A DNA stretch of 64,000 nucleotides, taken from the NCBI GenBank assembly GCA_964291415.2, contig OZ219918.1, positions 576,001 to 640,000 of the forward strand. Direction: 5' to 3'. The DNA comes from Alphaproteobacteria bacterium. GTDB lineage: Bacteria; Pseudomonadota; Alphaproteobacteria; SP197. The notes beneath the pieces were generated by a model. That model saw only the letters and a list, made by a program, of their open reading frames with translations. It made no database searches and was not told the DNA's origin. This document shows positions 29,141 to 38,862 of the stretch, one piece after another. The position numbers were made by a program, and so were the translations under genes. Each line of letters opens with the position of its first letter. The first letter of the stretch is position 1.

Positions 29141-29783
29141 TCTTCTTCTGGCTGCCCCGAATGGCGCGCTCGGCCGCCGCCGCAGCCCGTTCGCCGTCGC
29201 CATCGAGAAGGGCGGCAAGCAGGTCGTCGTGACGATGGTGGAATTCGATGTCCCTGTCCTCGAGGGTGAGGCAGAAGTGGACGATGCGCTCGTGATGCTC
29301 GACGAGGGACATGACGAACTCCGCCAGGCGTCCGTTCCTTGACGACTGGACGACGTGTTCGTGGAAGGCGTAGTTGGCCTCTCGATAGGCTGTCCTGGTC
29401 CCGCCTCCCCTGGCGGGAAGGCAGGCGCGCACCTCGGCGTCGAGCCGGGTGAGCAGCGGTGCGTCGACATGTCCGGCGGCAAGGCGCGTGGCCTCGACCT
29501 CGAGCAGCAGCCGCAGCTGGAACACCTCGTGGACATCCTGGATGGAGATCGGCGCCACGATGTTGCCGAGGCGCTTGCGCGTGATGACCAGCTTTTCCTG
29601 GCGCAGCCGGGCCAGGGCACTGCGCAGTGGGGCCTTGGAGAACCCGTAGCGCTCCACCAGCATCGACTCCGGGATCTCGGCGCCTGGAGCGAGGCGGACG
29701 AGCAGAATCTCGTTCTTGAGGATCCGGTAGACCCGGCTGGAAAGATCTTCGCGTGGATCGGTCGAACCCTGCATGTCATCCAT
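29076..29783 (-). CDS. GntR family regulator (FCD domain)
   Basis: VYRILKNEIL..RLAPG, FSKAPLRSALARL, FQLRLLLE, NYAFH, SRNGRL, HDDLLAAL. Confidence 0.92.
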   Translation of the reverse strand: MDDMQGSTDPREDLSSRVYRILKNEILLVRLAPGAEIPESMLVERYGFSKAPLRSALARLRQEKLVITRKRLGNIVAPISIQDVHEVFQLRLLLEVEATRLAAGHVDAPLLTRLDAEVRACLPARGGGTRTAYREANYAFHEHVVQSSRNGRLAEFVMSLVEHHERIVHFCLTLEDRDIEFHHRHDDLLAALLDGDGERAAAAAERAIRGSQKKIIETLMGSHAMPPRGGVPHDH

Positions 29784-29845
29784 CCGCAATCGCGTGTCGA
29801 GCGTCAGGGTGCCACATCACCCATGTGTCGCGACAGGTCATGCGG

Positions 29846-30823
29846 TCACTGGTCGCTTCTCCGCCAGTGGTGACAGGAGACCTCGTGGTGCTCCGCGATC
29901 CTTTCGAGGGCAGGAACGTGGCGTCTGCACGTCTCGTCGGCCAGGGGGCATCGCGGATGGAAATGGCATCCGGGCGGTGGGTGAACGGGGCTAGGAGGCT
30001 CCCCCTGGACAAGGCGGCTGGCGGCGTCGAGGCCGATTTCATCGAGCAGTGACGCCGCGTTGAGGGCTTGAGTGTAGGGATGGCGCGGAGCCTGGAAGAT
30101 CTGCTCGACGGGAGCCATCTCGACGATGCGGCCGAGATACATGACCGCCACGCGATCGCAGATGTGGCGCAGGGCCCGGAGATCGTGGGAGATCATCAGC
30201 AGGGAAAGGTCGAACCGCCGGCGCAGATCGTTGAGGAGATTGAGAATCTGGGCGCGAATTGACGCGTCCAGCGATGACGTGGGTTCGTCGCAGACGACGA
30301 ACTTCGGACGCAGGAGGAGGGCCCTGGCGATGACGATCCGCTGCAACTGCCCTCCAGAGCACTGCCCGGGATAGCGCTGGACGATTCCCGGATCAATTCC
30401 AACTTCGCCCAGCATCGCGTGGATCATCTCCAGACACTCGTCCCGGGTTCCGGCGTTGTGCGCGGCAAGCGGGGCCATGAGGGAGTCGATCAGCTTCATC
30501 CTGGGATCGAGCGCCGCCACGGGGTTCTGGAAAATGAGCTGGACGGTCCGGCGGAACCGCCTCAGGTCTCCCGGCCTCATCGCCAGGAGATCGCGGCCGT
30601 CCATGATCACCTCGCCGCGGTCCGGCCGGATCTGGTTGATGAGCAGGCGGGCGAGCGTGGACTTGCCGCATCCCGATTCACCGACCAGACCCAGCACCTC
30701 CGCGCGCCCGATCGTGAGGTTGACGCCGTCCACGGATCGCACGGCTGGCCGGCCGGACCCGCGCAGGGGAAAGTGTTTCACGAGGCCGCGGGCCTCGACG
30801 AGGGGACCTGCGGCGCCGTTCAT
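29846..30823 (-). CDS. Peptide/nickel ABC transporter ATP-binding protein (OppF/DppF-like)
   Basis: GESGCGKST, SGGQLQR, CDEPTSSLD, HPYT, GCHFHPRCP. Confidence 0.94.
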   Translation of the reverse strand: MNGAAGPLVEARGLVKHFPLRGSGRPAVRSVDGVNLTIGRAEVLGLVGESGCGKSTLARLLINQIRPDRGEVIMDGRDLLAMRPGDLRRFRRTVQLIFQNPVAALDPRMKLIDSLMAPLAAHNAGTRDECLEMIHAMLGEVGIDPGIVQRYPGQCSGGQLQRIVIARALLLRPKFVVCDEPTSSLDASIRAQILNLLNDLRRRFDLSLLMISHDLRALRHICDRVAVMYLGRIVEMAPVEQIFQAPRHPYTQALNAASLLDEIGLDAASRLVQGEPPSPVHPPPGCHFHPRCPLADETCRRHVPALERIAEHHEVSCHHWRRSDQ

Positions 30824-31740
30824 GTCTGCGCCGCCCAGCAGTGGACCAGGTGTCCGTCGGCTGTCCGTGTCGCCACCGGCTCGCGGCTGGCGCAGACACT
30901 CCCCTTGCGGTGAGCGAGGGCGTGGGGACAGCGCGGGTGGAAGCGGCATCCGGAAATCGAGCGGGTGGGCGGCGGAATGGCGCCGGGGATCGACTCGAGA
31001 TCACCGCTTGTGGCCCTGCGCATCAGCGAACAGTCGATCAGGGCCTTCGTATAGGGGTGCTGCGGCGTGCGCATGATCGTCGCGACAGGGCCTTCCTCGA
31101 CGATGCCGCCGGCGTACATCACGACGACCCGGTCTGCCATGGCCGAGACGATGGAGAGGTCGTGGGTGATGAGGAGAATGGAGAGGGTCCTTTGTTTCTT
31201 TTCCCTCTCCAGAAGTCCGAGGATCTGTGCCTGGACCGTGACGTCGAGCGCCGTCGTGGGTTCATCGGCGATCAGGAGATCCGGATCGCCGGAAAGGGCC
31301 GCGGCAATCATGACCCGCTGCGCCATGCCGCCTGACAGCTGGTGGGCATAGGATCGGGCGCGCTGTCCGGCCTCCGGAATACCGACCTCGCGCAGGAGTT
31401 CGACGGCGCGTTCGAAGGCCTCGCCACGCGATGCCCCCTTGTGCAGGCGCAGGGCTTCTGCGACCTGCAGGCCGACCCTGCAGCTGGGATCGAGCATGCT
31501 CGAGGGTTGCTGGAAGATCATGCCGACGCGATTGCCCCTGACGTGATTGAGAACGTCAGGGGCGGCGTGGGTGATTTCCTGGCCGCAGATCGAGACCGCG
31601 CCGCGTGTCACCTTGAGCGGTGGCGGCAGGAGATCGATGAGGGAGAGGGCCGTCACGGTCTTTCCGGACCCCGATTCTCCGACGAGAGCGACCGTCTCGC
31701 CGCGTCGGACCTCGAGGTTGATTCCCCGGGCAACGGCCAT
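30820..31740 (-). CDS. Peptide/nickel ABC transporter ATP-binding protein (OppD/DppD-like); N-terminus extends upstream
   Basis: [34 protein letters not shown]; in-frame CLKVENLEVSI lies upstream of ATG 31740. Confidence 0.92.
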   Translation of the reverse strand: MAVARGINLEVRRGETVALVGESGSGKTVTALSLIDLLPPPLKVTRGAVSICGQEITHAAPDVLNHVRGNRVGMIFQQPSSMLDPSCRVGLQVAEALRLHKGASRGEAFERAVELLREVGIPEAGQRARSYAHQLSGGMAQRVMIAAALSGDPDLLIADEPTTALDVTVQAQILGLLEREKKQRTLSILLITHDLSIVSAMADRVVVMYAGGIVEEGPVATIMRTPQHPYTKALIDCSLMRRATSGDLESIPGAIPPPTRSISGCRFHPRCPHALAHRKGSVCASREPVATRTADGHLVHCWAAQT

Positions 31741-31801
31741 CGCGTCGCCGATCGATACTTCGAGATTCTCGACCTTCAGGCAGGGCGCCTCGTCCGGGTG
31801 A

Positions 31802-32659
31802 TCATGATTGGCCTGCGCGAAGGCGGCGGGACCGGTCGGCGTCGATCTCCAGTCCCTGACCCATGAGGGTGACGCTGAGCGCCGTGATCATGATGGCGAT
31901 GCCCGGTGCAAACACGAGCAATGGCTGACGGGCGGCAAACTGCCGGGCGTCGGCCAACATGGCGCCCCAGTCGGAATCGGGAGGCTGAACGCCCAGGCCC
32001 AGATACGAGAGCGCTCCCACGGTGATCAGCTTGTGGCCGAAGCGCAGGAAGGTCATGGCCGAAATCGGACGCAGCGCATTGGGGATGACGTGGCGCAGCA
32101 GAATGAAGGTCCGCGTGCATCCGAGCACCTCGGCCGCCGCGATGTAGTCCCGCGACGAAATGTCGAGCGCGATGCCGCGCGCGAGACGGGCGAAGGGTGT
32201 CCAGCCCACCAGCGTGAGGGCGAGAACCAGCGTGCCGAACCCGGGGCCGATGATGGCGATCAGGAAGAGCGCGACGATGATTTCGGGAAAGGAAATGAGG
32301 ACATCGACGATACGCATCACGAACTCGTCGATGGCGCCGCCGACCCGTCCGCACCAGGCGCCGATCAGCGTGCCGATCGTGACCGACAGGAATAGTGTGA
32401 GAGCCGCCACCACGACGGAGAACCGGCCCCCGTAGAGGAGACGCGCCCACAGATCGCGCCCGAGCTGGTCGTTGCCCAGCCAGTGGTCGCCGCCGGGTCC
32501 CTGGAGGCGCATGGAGAGATCCTGGGCCACCGGATCGTGCAAGGAAATGACCGGTGCTGCGATGAGCAACAGGACCATCACGGTGCCGGAGAACAGGCCG
32601 GCGATGAAGGTCCAGTGCTGGCGCATGATCCAGCGAACAATCCGCGTGACCATGGTCAT
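31802..32659 (-). CDS. ABC transporter permease (OppC/DppC-like)
   Basis: HWLGNDQLGRD, YIAAAEVLG, RHVIPN, LSYLGLGVQPP..DWGAML. Confidence 0.94.
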   Translation of the reverse strand: MTMVTRIVRWIMRQHWTFIAGLFSGTVMVLLLIAAPVISLHDPVAQDLSMRLQGPGGDHWLGNDQLGRDLWARLLYGGRFSVVVAALTLFLSVTIGTLIGAWCGRVGGAIDEFVMRIVDVLISFPEIIVALFLIAIIGPGFGTLVLALTLVGWTPFARLARGIALDISSRDYIAAAEVLGCTRTFILLRHVIPNALRPISAMTFLRFGHKLITVGALSYLGLGVQPPDSDWGAMLADARQFAARQPLLVFAPGIAIMITALSVTLMGQGLEIDADRSRRLRAGQS

Positions 32660-33603
32660 CGAGCATCCCCGGAAACGGTGACGGTCGGATTGAGAACGCC
32701 GTAGAGAACGTCGGCCGCCGTATTGATGATGATCGCAAGGCCGACGATGCAGATGATGCTCCCCTGGAGCATGGGCATGTCGTTGTTGATCACCGCCGAA
32801 TAGATGAGGCGGCCCATGCCGGGAATGGCAAAGATGACCTCGACGACGACCGATCCGCCGAGCAGCCCGGCCAGCCACAGGGCGAAGACGGTCAGAACCG
32901 GCTGGATGCCGTTTCTCAGGCCATGCCGAACCAGGGCGCCCGCGAGACCGAGGCCCCGGCTCCTGGCCGCCAGGATGTAGTGTGCATGGAGAACGTCGAT
33001 CATTGAGGCCCGCATGACCTGCGAGAAGTAGGCGAGCGGGCGCAGGCAGAGCACGGCGGCGGGGAGTATCAGCGTACTGAAGCCGGACCAGCCGGCGGAA
33101 GGAAGCCAGCCGAGTTCGACGGCAAACAGCAGGATCAGCACCGGCGCCAGCCAGTACTCGGGGATCGAGACAAACCCCTGGGCGATGAAGGTGACAATCC
33201 CGTCGAAGCGGCGTCCCTGGTGCACGGCGGCCAGCGTGCCGACGGGCAGGGCAATGGCCAGCGCCAGGAAAAGGGCGCTGAGAGCGAGGGTGGCCGACAC
33301 GCCGATGGCCCGCAGGATCTGGTCGGCCACGGGAAGCCGGCTGGTAAAGGAAAGACCGAGATCGCCCTGAAAGACACGGCCAAGCCACGCGAAGAACTGA
33401 TGCAGCAGCGGCTGGTCGAGGCCGAGCTTGATGCGCAACGCCTCGACCGCGGCGCTGTCGAGCGCCAGGTCCGCCACGCGCGAACGGATGATGGCGCGGG
33501 CAGGGTCCGTGTCACCGAGCCAGGGAACCAGGAAGGCGAGGAAGGAAACAAGTGTCAGCGTTACGACGAGGACAATCGCTCGCTTGAGCAAAAACCGTTC
33601 CAT
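32656..33603 (-). CDS. ABC transporter permease (OppB/DppB-like)
   Basis: LGLDQPL, GDLGLSF, ARSRGL, GSVVVEVIFAIPGMG, YGVLNP. Confidence 0.94.
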   Translation of the reverse strand: MERFLLKRAIVLVVTLTLVSFLAFLVPWLGDTDPARAIIRSRVADLALDSAAVEALRIKLGLDQPLLHQFFAWLGRVFQGDLGLSFTSRLPVADQILRAIGVSATLALSALFLALAIALPVGTLAAVHQGRRFDGIVTFIAQGFVSIPEYWLAPVLILLFAVELGWLPSAGWSGFSTLILPAAVLCLRPLAYFSQVMRASMIDVLHAHYILAARSRGLGLAGALVRHGLRNGIQPVLTVFALWLAGLLGGSVVVEVIFAIPGMGRLIYSAVINNDMPMLQGSIICIVGLAIIINTAADVLYGVLNPTVTVSGDAR

Positions 33604-33883
33604 GGACCAGGCCGGCAGGTTCGCCCGCCATGCTAGCACGGCCCAGTGCCCTGTCACCCACTGCCCAACCGTCAGGATGGTCCCTCTCGCTCCGGCCCCA
33701 CAGACACGGAATGGGCGCGAGCGGGACGAGACCGCGATGCATATCCGCGGCAAGCCCTCCGGCGCGGGTGGTCAGGCGAAGATATGGCTGGCCAGCAACA
33801 GAAACGTCGTCTTGGCAGTGGTCATGAATGGAATGGAGCAGCATGCTACACGTGTGGAGACCTTCAGGAACCGGCGAGGCAGC

Positions 33884-34150
33884 TTGGAACTTTCTATCCG
33901 TGATGCGAAAGCGCGCCTGTCCGAACTGGTCGCTGCGGCCCGCAACGGTGAACGGGTTGTCATCACCAGACACGGACGTCCGGCCGTCGAGTTGATACGT
34001 TGCGACCGGCGCGGCGGCATTGATTTCGGGAAGCTGCAGGCAGCGCGTCGACGGCTCGGCATCGAGGGTGATGGCGAGGGCTGGCCTGAGGAATTCAACA
34101 ATCCGGCCTTCAGCCGTCAGGTGCTGGGCCTTGATGCCGGCCAGGAGTGA
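33884..34150 (+). CDS. Phd/YefM family antitoxin
   Basis: GAGG then TTG; SIRDAKARLSELV.AA.NGERVVITRHGRPAVEL. Confidence 0.88.
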   Translation: MELSIRDAKARLSELVAAARNGERVVITRHGRPAVELIRCDRRGGIDFGKLQAARRRLGIEGDGEGWPEEFNNPAFSRQVLGLDAGQE

Positions 34151-34565
34151 CGTCGATGCGCATTCCTCTCGATACGTCCTGTCTGTTGACAGGCCGGGGT
34201 CGTTCCTGGGGCCTGAGTACCCGGTCCTGGCTTCACCAGAGACGGAGTTCCTTGTCAGTGCGGTGTCGATCCGGGAAATGCGGCTGAAGCACGGTGCCCG
34301 CCATCGATCCGGGATACCCAAGAGCCGCTTCTCACCAGAGGATGTGGTTGATGTGCCGGAGGACCAAGAGGTGACGTTCCTTCCCATGACCATGCGTCAT
34401 GCCGCGCGAGGGCTCAGGACGGAACTTGATCACAAGGATCCCTTCGACGAACTGCTGCTTGTTCAGGTTCAGGAGGAAGGTCTGAGGCCGTTGACATTCT
34501 GGGTCGTCCGTTCGCGGTTGCTGCACACGAGCTTGGGTGAATCGCACTCTCCGTCACTCGCATGA
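34147..34565 (+). pseudogene. Frameshifted PIN/VapC toxin
   Basis: GTGA overlap. The start (MRIPLDTS) is in one frame; VSAVSIREMRLK and HKDPFDELLLVQ are in another; shift near 34185. Confidence 0.82.
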
Positions 34566-34719
34566 TCGATCCCGGATACGGCCTCTCGAACCTCCCCCCG
34601 GCCATATCGCGGGGCAGGGTTCCCTGGAATCGAAGGCCTGTGCCGGAGACGGTCGATGGCGAGGGCGCTTGTCTGGTCCTTGTCGCGACCACTTCGACCG
34701 AACACTCGCCACCAGAACG

Positions 34720-34753
34720 TTGACAGGAGTCATTTTTTGTAGTGACATAAATA
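34720..34753 (+). promoter_or_regulatory. Candidate promoter/operator for brnTA, probably leaderless
   Basis: TTGACA at 34720-34725, AT-rich stretch with imperfect palindrome TGTAGTGACA (34738-34747), ATG at 34754 with no SD. Confidence 0.55.
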
Positions 34754-35026
34754 ATGCGGATCGAGTATGACCCCACCAAACGCAATACGACGCTTCATGA
34801 CCGCGGTCTCGACATGGCTGATGCAGGCGCCATATTCGATGGCCCCACGATCACCATCGAGGATGATCGCCGGGAATACGGTGAGACCCGGTACATCTCG
34901 GTTGGATTTCTTGTCGGCCGCATGGTTTTCGTGGCGTGGACTCTGCGTGGCGATGCTCGCCGAATCATCAGCTTGAGAAAGGCCAATACCCGTGAACAGG
35001 AAATCTACGCAAGCCGGCTGCGATGA
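34754..35026 (+). CDS. brnT: BrnT family toxin
   Basis: IEYDPTKR..TL..RGLD, DDRREYGETR, RIISLRKAN.RE. Confidence 0.92.
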   Translation: MRIEYDPTKRNTTLHDRGLDMADAGAIFDGPTITIEDDRREYGETRYISVGFLVGRMVFVAWTLRGDARRIISLRKANTREQEIYASRLR

Positions 35027-35231
35027 TGATCTGCCGGATTTCAGTACCCCTGAGTGGCAGGCCAAGTTCGCCAGGGCCCCGGTGCGCCGCGGCCGCCCGA
35101 AGTCTGATGTGACGAAAGTTCAGACCACACTGCGACTTGATCCTGACGTCATTGCCGCCTTTCGCTCTGATGGGCCCGGCTGGCAAAGCCGTATCAACGA
35201 AGCGCTTCGAAAAGCTGCAGGCCTCCCCTGA
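34992..35231 (+). CDS. brnA: BrnA family antitoxin
   Basis: RRGRPK..VTK...TLRLDPDVIAAFR..GPGWQSRINEALR. Confidence 0.92.
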   Translation: MNRKSTQAGCDDDLPDFSTPEWQAKFARAPVRRGRPKSDVTKVQTTLRLDPDVIAAFRSDGPGWQSRINEALRKAAGLP

Positions 35232-35415
35232 GGTACCGGAACTGCGATAGCTGTTGCCGCGAGAACAAGAGGCTACAGGCTGGCTTGGGCCTGTCGTGAG
35301 CCGCACCGGCCTTCCAGACTGGCTCCATCATCGGATCACGCGCACCTGAAAGCAGCGTCTCCGGTACCCATGCAGCAGACTCCTGCATGCAGCAAGTCGT
35401 GCCGGACTTCGCCGG

Positions 35416-36090
35416 TCACAGTCCGAGCAGGCCGGGAAGGTGGGTGATGTCGGGGATTTCGTGGTAGCCGAAAAAGGGAACGGACGGCTCGTAACCACGA
35501 TTGACATAGACCTTGTTGACGATGCGCATGTGGTGGCACGGCATCAGGTCGTAGTAGAGGCTGGCCGACACATGCAGGATCTCGTGCCGCTGGCAGCCGA
35601 GCTGGTCCAGCATGTATTCGAAAGCCGCAAAGCAGGGCTTGTAGCTCCTTGCCTGTTCCCCCGTGTATACGGCATGGAAGGGAGCGCCGAGCTTGTCGAC
35701 GTTGTGCTTGATCTGCTCGTCGTTTGCGTTCGAGAGAATGACAAGAGGGTAGGCCTCGGCGGTCCGGGCCAGAGCTTCCGGCACGTCGGGGTGCGGCCCC
35801 CAGGTGGGGACCGCATCCACGATCGCATCGGCTGTTTCGCTGTCATACGCCAAGTTCCAGAGATCACAGGTCCGCCGGAACGAGTCGGTGATCACCTGCG
35901 CATAGGACTTGAAGGTCCCCAGCACCTCGTCACCACGAAAGGCCTCGAAGTCGTCCAGGAACGTGCCCATGTCGGCTTCGTCCACGCGGTCCGCCATCAG
36001 CCCTGCGGTGACGTCGGACATCTGGAAGTGGGTCAATGTTCCATAGAGATCGAACGTGATGAACTTCGGCTTCAGGTGATCACCCGTCAT
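35416..36090 (-). CDS. Haloacid dehalogenase type II-like hydrolase
   Basis: ITFDLYGTL, LSNA, YKP, HVSASLYYD. Confidence 0.9.
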   Translation of the reverse strand: MTGDHLKPKFITFDLYGTLTHFQMSDVTAGLMADRVDEADMGTFLDDFEAFRGDEVLGTFKSYAQVITDSFRRTCDLWNLAYDSETADAIVDAVPTWGPHPDVPEALARTAEAYPLVILSNANDEQIKHNVDKLGAPFHAVYTGEQARSYKPCFAAFEYMLDQLGCQRHEILHVSASLYYDLMPCHHMRIVNKVYVNRGYEPSVPFFGYHEIPDITHLPGLLGL

Positions 36091-36121
36091 GTCGGTCTGC
36101 TCCTTGAACGTGCTCTGCGGG

Positions 36122-37651
36122 TCAGTTGAGTGCCAGGTCTCTGGTGAAAAGGTAATGGCCGTCGGGATGGACGGCATAGTTGGCCACATTCGAGCGGTGC
36201 CCGTCGCTGCCCTGCTGATGGACAAGGAAGACGGTCACGGCCCGGGACTGGAGCTCGCGGGCGATGTCCCTGTAGAGGGCATAGCGTTCCGCTTCGCTTT
36301 CCGCACTGCTCGCCTGGTCGACCATGGCGTCGATGTCAGGATCGCAGAAACGCGACAGGTTGTAGCCGCCTTCGCAGGTGTAGTCCGCCGTCAGGAAGCC
36401 GATGGGATCGGCCACATCGGAGAGATACCCCCGCGACAGCACCAACATGTCGAACTCGCCGCTCAAGAGGTCCGGTTCGAGGGCGCCGTAGTTCGCCACC
36501 TTCAGCTCCACGTTGATGCCGATGGCGCCGAGCTGTGCCTGGATGACCGCGGCAAGATCGGGCAGTTCGGCGCGCTCCACGTAGGCGTAGAGAACGAGAT
36601 TGAGGGACTCCGCATCGACTCCGGATTCGGCGATGAGCGCCCGGGCGCGCTCCACGTCCTGCGACACCGCCATGGCGTCCTCGGGAGCCCAGGGATCGTC
36701 AGGCCCGAAGGGGCCGACGGCCGCCTGGGCCGAGCCCTCGTAGATCGTCTGGGCGATGGCTGTCGAATCGATGGCGCTCTGGATGGCCTGGCGCACGGCC
36801 ATGTTGTCGAGCGGCGCCTTCTGGTTGTTGAGATAGAGGCTGTTGGTGCGCGCCTGGGCGACGGTCTGAATCATGACATCCGGTTCCGACTGCAATCCGA
36901 GAACCTCGGTGACCGGCAGGCGGGCCGAAACATGCGCCTCGCCGGTCCGCAGTTGTGTCGCCCGGCCGCTTCCTTCCGGAATGAACCGCATCTCGCCGCT
37001 TTCAAGCTGTGCGGGTCCGCCCCAGTAGGCGTCATGGCGCTCGAGCATCAGGGCCTGCTGGGGAACGTGCTCGACGATGTCGAACGGACCGATGCAATGA
37101 CCCACGGGGTCGACGGCGTCCCCGGCAAAGGCCGCCGGCGCCAGGAAGCCGGTGTTGGGGGACGACACGCGCATCGGTGTGAGAACGCTTGGATTGACGG
37201 ACTCAATTCTCACCGTCATGTCATCGACCACGGAGACCGACGCGATGCGCTTCGGCGCAAAGGCCCTCGGCGGTGCCGTTGCTGTCAGCATGCGGTTGAG
37301 GGACTCGGCGGCGACGGCGGCGGTGAAGGGTGTTCCGTCGCTGAACGTCACGCCCTGCCGTATCGTGAAATCCCACTCGGTGGGAGAGTGCCGCGTCCAG
37401 GATTCCGCCAGCGCCGGTTCCAGGGCGCCGTCAGCCGTGCGCCGTGTCAGCGATTCGACGCAACCGGCACGGGCCAGGATGTAGGCGTCATCGGTTTCCA
37501 TGGCCCACCCTGCCTGTGGCGCAAAGGCGTCCGTGGCGACGAGATGGAGGTGTCCGTCCGCCTGGCCAGGACCCTGCAACAGTACAAGAGACAGGAGTCC
37601 GGCGGCTCCCAGGGTGGCAAGGCGATTGGAACCGGTACGTCGAATGAACAT
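36122..37651 (-). CDS. ABC transporter substrate-binding protein, family 5 (OppA/DppA/NikA-like)
   Basis: Signal peptide, PALAESW, FSDGTPFTA, G.GPF, YWGG, VRQAI..AID. Confidence 0.93.
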   Translation of the reverse strand: MFIRRTGSNRLATLGAAGLLSLVLLQGPGQADGHLHLVATDAFAPQAGWAMETDDAYILARAGCVESLTRRTADGALEPALAESWTRHSPTEWDFTIRQGVTFSDGTPFTAAVAAESLNRMLTATAPPRAFAPKRIASVSVVDDMTVRIESVNPSVLTPMRVSSPNTGFLAPAAFAGDAVDPVGHCIGPFDIVEHVPQQALMLERHDAYWGGPAQLESGEMRFIPEGSGRATQLRTGEAHVSARLPVTEVLGLQSEPDVMIQTVAQARTNSLYLNNQKAPLDNMAVRQAIQSAIDSTAIAQTIYEGSAQAAVGPFGPDDPWAPEDAMAVSQDVERARALIAESGVDAESLNLVLYAYVERAELPDLAAVIQAQLGAIGINVELKVANYGALEPDLLSGEFDMLVLSRGYLSDVADPIGFLTADYTCEGGYNLSRFCDPDIDAMVDQASSAESEAERYALYRDIARELQSRAVTVFLVHQQGSDGHRSNVANYAVHPDGHYLFTRDLALN

Positions 37652-37683
37652 GGGAGTATGCCCCTTCATCATGCTTTGGTCGG

Positions 37684-37742
37684 TTGGATTGTATGGGAAG
37701 ATCCAATGGCTCATTGAGCAGCCGCGACGCGCTCCTTGTCAA
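37684..37742 (-). promoter_or_regulatory. Candidate promoter and inverted-repeat operator for the ABC operon
   Basis: Minus-strand TTGACA at 37742-37737; inverted repeat TTGGAT-N11-ATCCAA (37684-37706) between it and the start codon. Confidence 0.4.
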
Positions 37743-37814
37743 TCAGCATTCTCTCGTTGGCAAGGTTTCCGTCGGGTGATATGGCGTTGTTGCCGGAGTT
37801 GATGTGAAGAAATC

Positions 37815-38726
37815 GTGACCGAAGCAACTCACAGCCACGGCCATGCCCACGGCATTGCGGACATCGAGAAGAACGGCCGCATTCTGGGGCTGGCGGCGCT
37901 GCTGATCGGCAGCTTCATGATCGCCGAGTTTGTCGGCGGCCTGCTGTCGGGATCACTGGCGCTGCTGGCGGACGCCGGACACATGCTCTCGGACTTCGCC
38001 AGTCTGACCCTTGCCTGGTACGCCTTTCGCCTGTCGAGACGCAAGCCGACATCGCGAATGACCTATGGTGTCGATCGCATGCAGATACTGGTCGCTTTCG
38101 GCAACACGATGCTGATGGTCTTCCTGTGCGTCTGGATTGTCTCGGAAGCGGTCCATCGGATCATCGAGCCTGGAGCCATCCTGGGCGAGTTGATGCTCGT
38201 CATTGCCGCGATTGGCCTCGTCGTCAATATCCTTGCCCTTGTCATCATTTCCGGGGCCAACCGGGACAATCTGAACGTGCGTGGCGCCAGGCTCCACGTG
38301 ATGGGCGACCTCCTTGGGTCGCTGTCCGCCATCGCCGCTGCCGGGATCATCATGGTGACGGGATGGACGCTGGCCGATCCGCTTCTTTCCCTCGTCATTG
38401 TCGCCATCATCCTGAGGAACGCCTGGCCCGTGATGAAGGATTCCGCGCACATCCTGTTGGAGGGATCTCCGGTCCATCTCTCACGTCAGGACGTCGGGGA
38501 TGATCTCACCCGGCAAATCGACGAAGTCGTCGACATCCATCATGTCCACTTCTGGTCGATCACCCAGGCACGCACCATGGCGACCCTTCATGCCCGGGTG
38601 CGGGAGTCGGCAGTGCCGCACGACGTGATTTCCCGTATCAAGGAACGGTTGCACGACGGGTTCGGTATCGAACACACGACGGTCGAGATCGAGTACGATC
38701 ACTGCGCCGACGGAGACCGTCAGTAG
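37815..38726 (+). CDS. Cation diffusion facilitator (CzcD/ZitB-like)
   Basis: His-rich N-terminus, SLALLADAGHMLSD, NLNVRGARLHVMGD, HHVHFW, HTTVEIE. Confidence 0.94.
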   Translation: MTEATHSHGHAHGIADIEKNGRILGLAALLIGSFMIAEFVGGLLSGSLALLADAGHMLSDFASLTLAWYAFRLSRRKPTSRMTYGVDRMQILVAFGNTMLMVFLCVWIVSEAVHRIIEPGAILGELMLVIAAIGLVVNILALVIISGANRDNLNVRGARLHVMGDLLGSLSAIAAAGIIMVTGWTLADPLLSLVIVAIILRNAWPVMKDSAHILLEGSPVHLSRQDVGDDLTRQIDEVVDIHHVHFWSITQARTMATLHARVRESAVPHDVISRIKERLHDGFGIEHTTVEIEYDHCADGDRQ

Positions 38727-38862
38727 CACCCACTCCCGTCAGCAAGACGACGATACGGCGTCCAGTCTCGCCTCAATCAATTCCGTGGCATCCACGCGGC
38801 ATCAGGGGTGATGGCCCACCGTCATTGGCTCATCGAAACCGGCCCGGTTGCAGGAAACACCG

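Noticed and set aside
33604-35415. Insertion sequence, integron or prophage
   Set aside because: No transposase, integrase, attC-like sites, terminal inverted repeats or phage genes seen.
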